From: a bacterium
GTDB lineage: Bacteria > DUMJ01
Direction: 5' to 3'
NCBI GenBank assembly: GCA_026418035.1
Contig: JAOACC010000037.1
Location: 1-43,167, forward strand
DNA length: 43,167 nt
The notes beneath the pieces are model-generated. The model saw nothing but the letters and a program-made list of their open reading frames with translations, made no database searches and was not told the DNA's origin. The position numbers and the translations under genes are program-made. Shown here one piece after another: positions 40,279 to 43,167 of the stretch. Within the stretch, counting starts at the first letter, position 1. Each line of letters begins with the position of its first letter.

Positions 40279-41016
40279 CTACTTTGCTGAATTTAAAATT
40301 CTTTTTGCATTATTTTTTAATATATTTAATTTTTCCCCCTCGGATATCTTACTACCTTTCACCCAGCCAATAGCTGGTCTTGGGTCTATAAAAGGAAAAT
40401 CTGTTCCAAAAAGAATCCTGTCACTGCCAATTCTTTCAACGTAATACTCAATTATTCCGTTATACATAGCAGAACCCGTCAGATCTAGGTAAACATTATC
40501 GACATTCTTTGCCAAATCTACTGCTAGGAGCATTGATTTTAAGTCTCCTCCTGAGTGTCCCATGATGAATATTGCATTTTGATAAGATTTAGCTACTTCT
40601 ATAAGTGTCCTTACATCTCTTTCCCCCCATGTATGTATTAAGATAGGCCATCTGTGCTCATCTGCATACTTATATGCATATAGATAATTAACCCCATCTA
40701 TGGGGTACAGATGTGTTCCCGGATGTAATTTGATTCCTATAAATCCCTGTGAAGCTCTCTTTTTGAGCTCATCTTCCATCTTACCTGCAAAGTAAGGACT
40801 CAATGTAACATATCCTTTGAACCTATCTGGAAAAGCATTCATAGCTTCAAAAACCATTTCATTACCTAATTCGTAGTCAGGCCCTATTCCTATAAGAGCA
40901 CTTATCCAGGCAAATTCCATGCCTATCCTATCCATTATTTTTACCATAGATAAGAAGTCTCCCCCATCATAGTAAAAGTTATACCACTTCCCTAGATGTG
41001 CATGTGCATCTATCAT
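40279..41016 (-). CDS. Amidohydrolase family 2 protein (intact metal site)
   Basis: IDAHAH, GIKLHP, ILIHT, MGHSGG and LFGTDFP. Confidence 0.88.
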   Translation of the reverse strand: MIDAHAHLGKWYNFYYDGGDFLSMVKIMDRIGMEFAWISALIGIGPDYELGNEMVFEAMNAFPDRFKGYVTLSPYFAGKMEDELKKRASQGFIGIKLHPGTHLYPIDGVNYLYAYKYADEHRWPILIHTWGERDVRTLIEVAKSYQNAIFIMGHSGGDLKSMLLAVDLAKNVDNVYLDLTGSAMYNGIIEYYVERIGSDRILFGTDFPFIDPRPAIGWVKGSKISEGEKLNILKNNAKRILNSAK

Positions 41017-41759
41017 AGACTTACCTCCTGAATAAGTCTGTCAGCATTTTTATATGCTATATAATTTTTAACTTCTTCCGGTATATCTGCCTTCTCTATA
41101 TAGAATATCGTAGACCCTGGATTCTTATATGGGAGATTACTTCCAAAAAGCATACGTTCTCCACCAAATCTCTTATATAAAGTCTCTATCCCAAGAAATG
41201 TGATATATCCAGATAATTCTATATATACATTTTTATACCTTTTTAAAAGTGGGAAGATGTAAGAACTCTGTCTGTAGGTTAAATCTGTTAAGACCAATCT
41301 AATATTGGGGTGATTTTTCAACATGCTATATATATCTTTCCAGCCCGTACTATTTGGAGACATTAATATAGGGATTTTTATCTCTTCTAAAAGGGATAAT
41401 AGATCTCCTATTACTTCCTCTTCTAATAAGAAATTATGTAAGTCTGGGAAAAACCTAACCGCCTTGACATTGTTAATTTTAAGCTCTTCTAAAAGCTTAT
41501 CAGATGCGTTAATTGGGAAAATATCAATTGGTAGAAGAGTCCAGGTAACATAGAGATTAGGACAATCTTTAATCTCTTCTACCAATTTCTTATCCCCGAA
41601 ATAGGCATCATAGTCTCTGCTATAGCTGTGATAGACTAATGCTCTTTTGATATTAAATCTATTCATCTCCTCATTTAATTTGTTAACATCTAACAGATTG
41701 TCTATAGTGACAACTGTAGTTTTTCCTATCATTACGTTAAAATCGAAATATTCTCTCAT
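41013..41759 (-). CDS. Amidohydrolase family 2-like protein with degenerate metal site
   Basis: Same fold pattern (AVRFFP, NVYIELS, ERMLFGSNLP, IAYKNA) but the His/Asp ligands are replaced. Confidence 0.8.
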   Translation of the reverse strand: MREYFDFNVMIGKTTVVTIDNLLDVNKLNEEMNRFNIKRALVYHSYSRDYDAYFGDKKLVEEIKDCPNLYVTWTLLPIDIFPINASDKLLEELKINNVKAVRFFPDLHNFLLEEEVIGDLLSLLEEIKIPILMSPNSTGWKDIYSMLKNHPNIRLVLTDLTYRQSSYIFPLLKRYKNVYIELSGYITFLGIETLYKRFGGERMLFGSNLPYKNPGSTIFYIEKADIPEEVKNYIAYKNADRLIQEVSL

Positions 41760-41767
41760 CTATTCTT

Positions 41768-42652
41768 TCACCCTATATCTTGAATATATATTTCGGTTCC
41801 ACTAAGATAAGATACCTCAATAGCCTTTAATACTATGACTACCTCTAGCATATCATCATAATCTATTGGTAATTTGGAAGTTTTTATCATCTCTAGAAAT
41901 TTTAAAAGACCATAGTAGTATGGGGAGGGTGTTTGCTTACCATCCCAATAATTCCAACCATTTTTGCCAAAGGCTGAGATTGTAAACGTATAGACTGCAT
42001 TCCCTAACATCATAAGTTCTACTATTCTATCATCGGGATAGGTTAGAGTAACTGCTACATTATTGTTATTATTTACTGCCATAACTCTTTCAACCCCGCT
42101 ACCGAATATCTCTTGACATAGTTCCACTATATGGACTCCATAAAAAAATATTCCCTGATATTCACTGTAGATATCTGCCGGGCCACATACAAATCCGGCA
42201 GTTAAGGGACCCTTAGAAGATAGATCTTCTTTCAATTTTACTATAGGCTCATCAAATCTAAGGGTAGAAAAAGATGTTATAAGTGTACCTTTTTCTTTAG
42301 CCAAATCTATTATACGCTTAGCATTCTCTACAGATGCCTCTAGAGGTTTATCTATGAAAGTTGGTATACCAGCTTCAATAAATGGTTTTGAAAATTTATA
42401 ATGTAAGGCACCATCTCTTAATACCACCATAACTGCATCTACTTTCCCAATCATATCTTCAGGGTATTGAACTATTTCGGGAATATTACCTAGTTTAGCA
42501 ACTTCTTCTGTTCTATTTCTCTCAAATCCCCATATAGAAACAATCTTTGCTCCTTCTATTTTTAACCCCTTTATCCCTTCTGGTAGGTTAGTAAGTTGCG
42601 AAAATGCTATTGCATGAGAATTATCAGAACCTACTATGCCAATTCTTGTCAT
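41768..42652 (-). CDS. Gfo/Idh/MocA-family oxidoreductase (short, YGxH type)
   Basis: RIGIVGSDNSHA, PTFIDKP and FFYGVH. Start moved to 42652 after AGGAGGGG. Confidence 0.82.
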   Translation of the reverse strand: MTRIGIVGSDNSHAIAFSQLTNLPEGIKGLKIEGAKIVSIWGFERNRTEEVAKLGNIPEIVQYPEDMIGKVDAVMVVLRDGALHYKFSKPFIEAGIPTFIDKPLEASVENAKRIIDLAKEKGTLITSFSTLRFDEPIVKLKEDLSSKGPLTAGFVCGPADIYSEYQGIFFYGVHIVELCQEIFGSGVERVMAVNNNNNVAVTLTYPDDRIVELMMLGNAVYTFTISAFGKNGWNYWDGKQTPSPYYYGLLKFLEMIKTSKLPIDYDDMLEVVIVLKAIEVSYLSGTEIYIQDIG

Positions 42653-42671
42653 TAGACCCCTCCTAATTATT

Positions 42672-42704
42672 AATAATAAAGGGGGCAATATATTCATTGC
42701 CCCC
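42672..42704 (-). terminator. Stem-loop/terminator after the SBP gene
   Basis: GGGGGCAAT-N6-ATTGCCCCC (42681-42704) with a TTTATTATT tail on the minus strand. Confidence 0.7.
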
Positions 42705-42714
42705 AAATATTAGA

Positions 42715-43146
42715 TTACTTTTTGATAAAAAACTGTTCTGGATTCATATATCCAGGACTCATATATGGAAATGCCAAGGTTCCCTCTCTTGGAACATTTT
42801 TAAAGTTATTTTTAACTACTACTGGAGTATAAAAGAAGCCTAATACAGGTAAAGCATATAAATTCTTTGCCCATAGATATAAAATTTCATCCGTAAGTTT
42901 ATCTATTTCTTCCTGATTTACAGAAAGTATTATTTTATCGAAGTTTGCTATCATCTTTAAAGCGTCTCCTGTTGGCTTTATAGCACCTTCAGCTTTACCT
43001 CTAGAAGTGTACCAAAGACCCCAAAGAGGTCCGTAGTAGCAGGATGTGGAATTTGGAAGTATAAACATAGAATAGGTCAGCAAGAATTTACCTGGATACA
43101 GACTTCCTAGGGTATATCCAGCTATCTGATAATCTGCACTGTTTAT
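42715..43146 (-). CDS. ABC transporter solute-binding protein, family 5, C-terminal fragment (5'-truncated)
   Basis: YGPLWGLWYTSRGK, VVVKNNFKNVP and NPEQFFIKK. The frame stays open (INSADYQIAGY...) up to the adapter. Confidence 0.85.
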   Translation of the reverse strand: MNSADYQIAGYTLGSLYPGKFLLTYSMFILPNSTSCYYGPLWGLWYTSRGKAEGAIKPTGDALKMIANFDKIILSVNQEEIDKLTDEILYLWAKNLYALPVLGFFYTPVVVKNNFKNVPREGTLAFPYMSPGYMNPEQFFIKK

Positions 43147-43148
43147 CC

Positions 43149-43167
43149 CTGTCTCTTATACACATCT
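43149..43167 (+). other. Nextera/Tn5 mosaic-end adapter read-through (technical artefact)
   Basis: Exact CTGTCTCTTATACACATCT as the last 19 nt of the sequence. Confidence 0.97.

Overview
AT-rich (roughly one-third GC by eye), gene-dense bacterial contig fragment. Gene content and style suggest a saccharolytic, probably thermophilic anaerobe with a diderm envelope (Dictyoglomus-like; inference only). It is dominated by carbohydrate uptake and catabolism: four family-5 ABC solute-binding proteins (two truncated at the edges, no cognate permease in the window), GH38 alpha-mannosidase, GH2 beta-mannosidase, GH2 beta-galactosidase, ROK and IclR regulators, two Gfo/Idh/MocA oxidoreductases and a SIS-domain sugar-phosphate deaminase/isomerase. 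Housekeeping genes include pcrA, murJ, PMM/PGM, an MsbA-like exporter, an endonuclease III-like glycosylase and an acyl-CoA ligase. The most notable items are: (1) three URO-D/MtaA-fold proteins lacking the HemE motif, embedded in sugar operons with no corrinoid partner, a candidate undescribed glycan-processing activity; (2) a ~145-nt end-paired multibranch RNA-like element directly behind a good promoter, upstream of a TolB-like lipoprotein; (3) a Vga/Msr-like ABC-F heading a yxlEFG-like exporter cassette; (4) a translationally coupled amidohydrolase pair in which one partner has lost all metal ligands. The last 19 nt are an untrimmed Nextera/Tn5 adapter. No rRNA, tRNA, CRISPR array, transposase or integrase was recognised. 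All calls come from reading motifs by eye; no searches were run.
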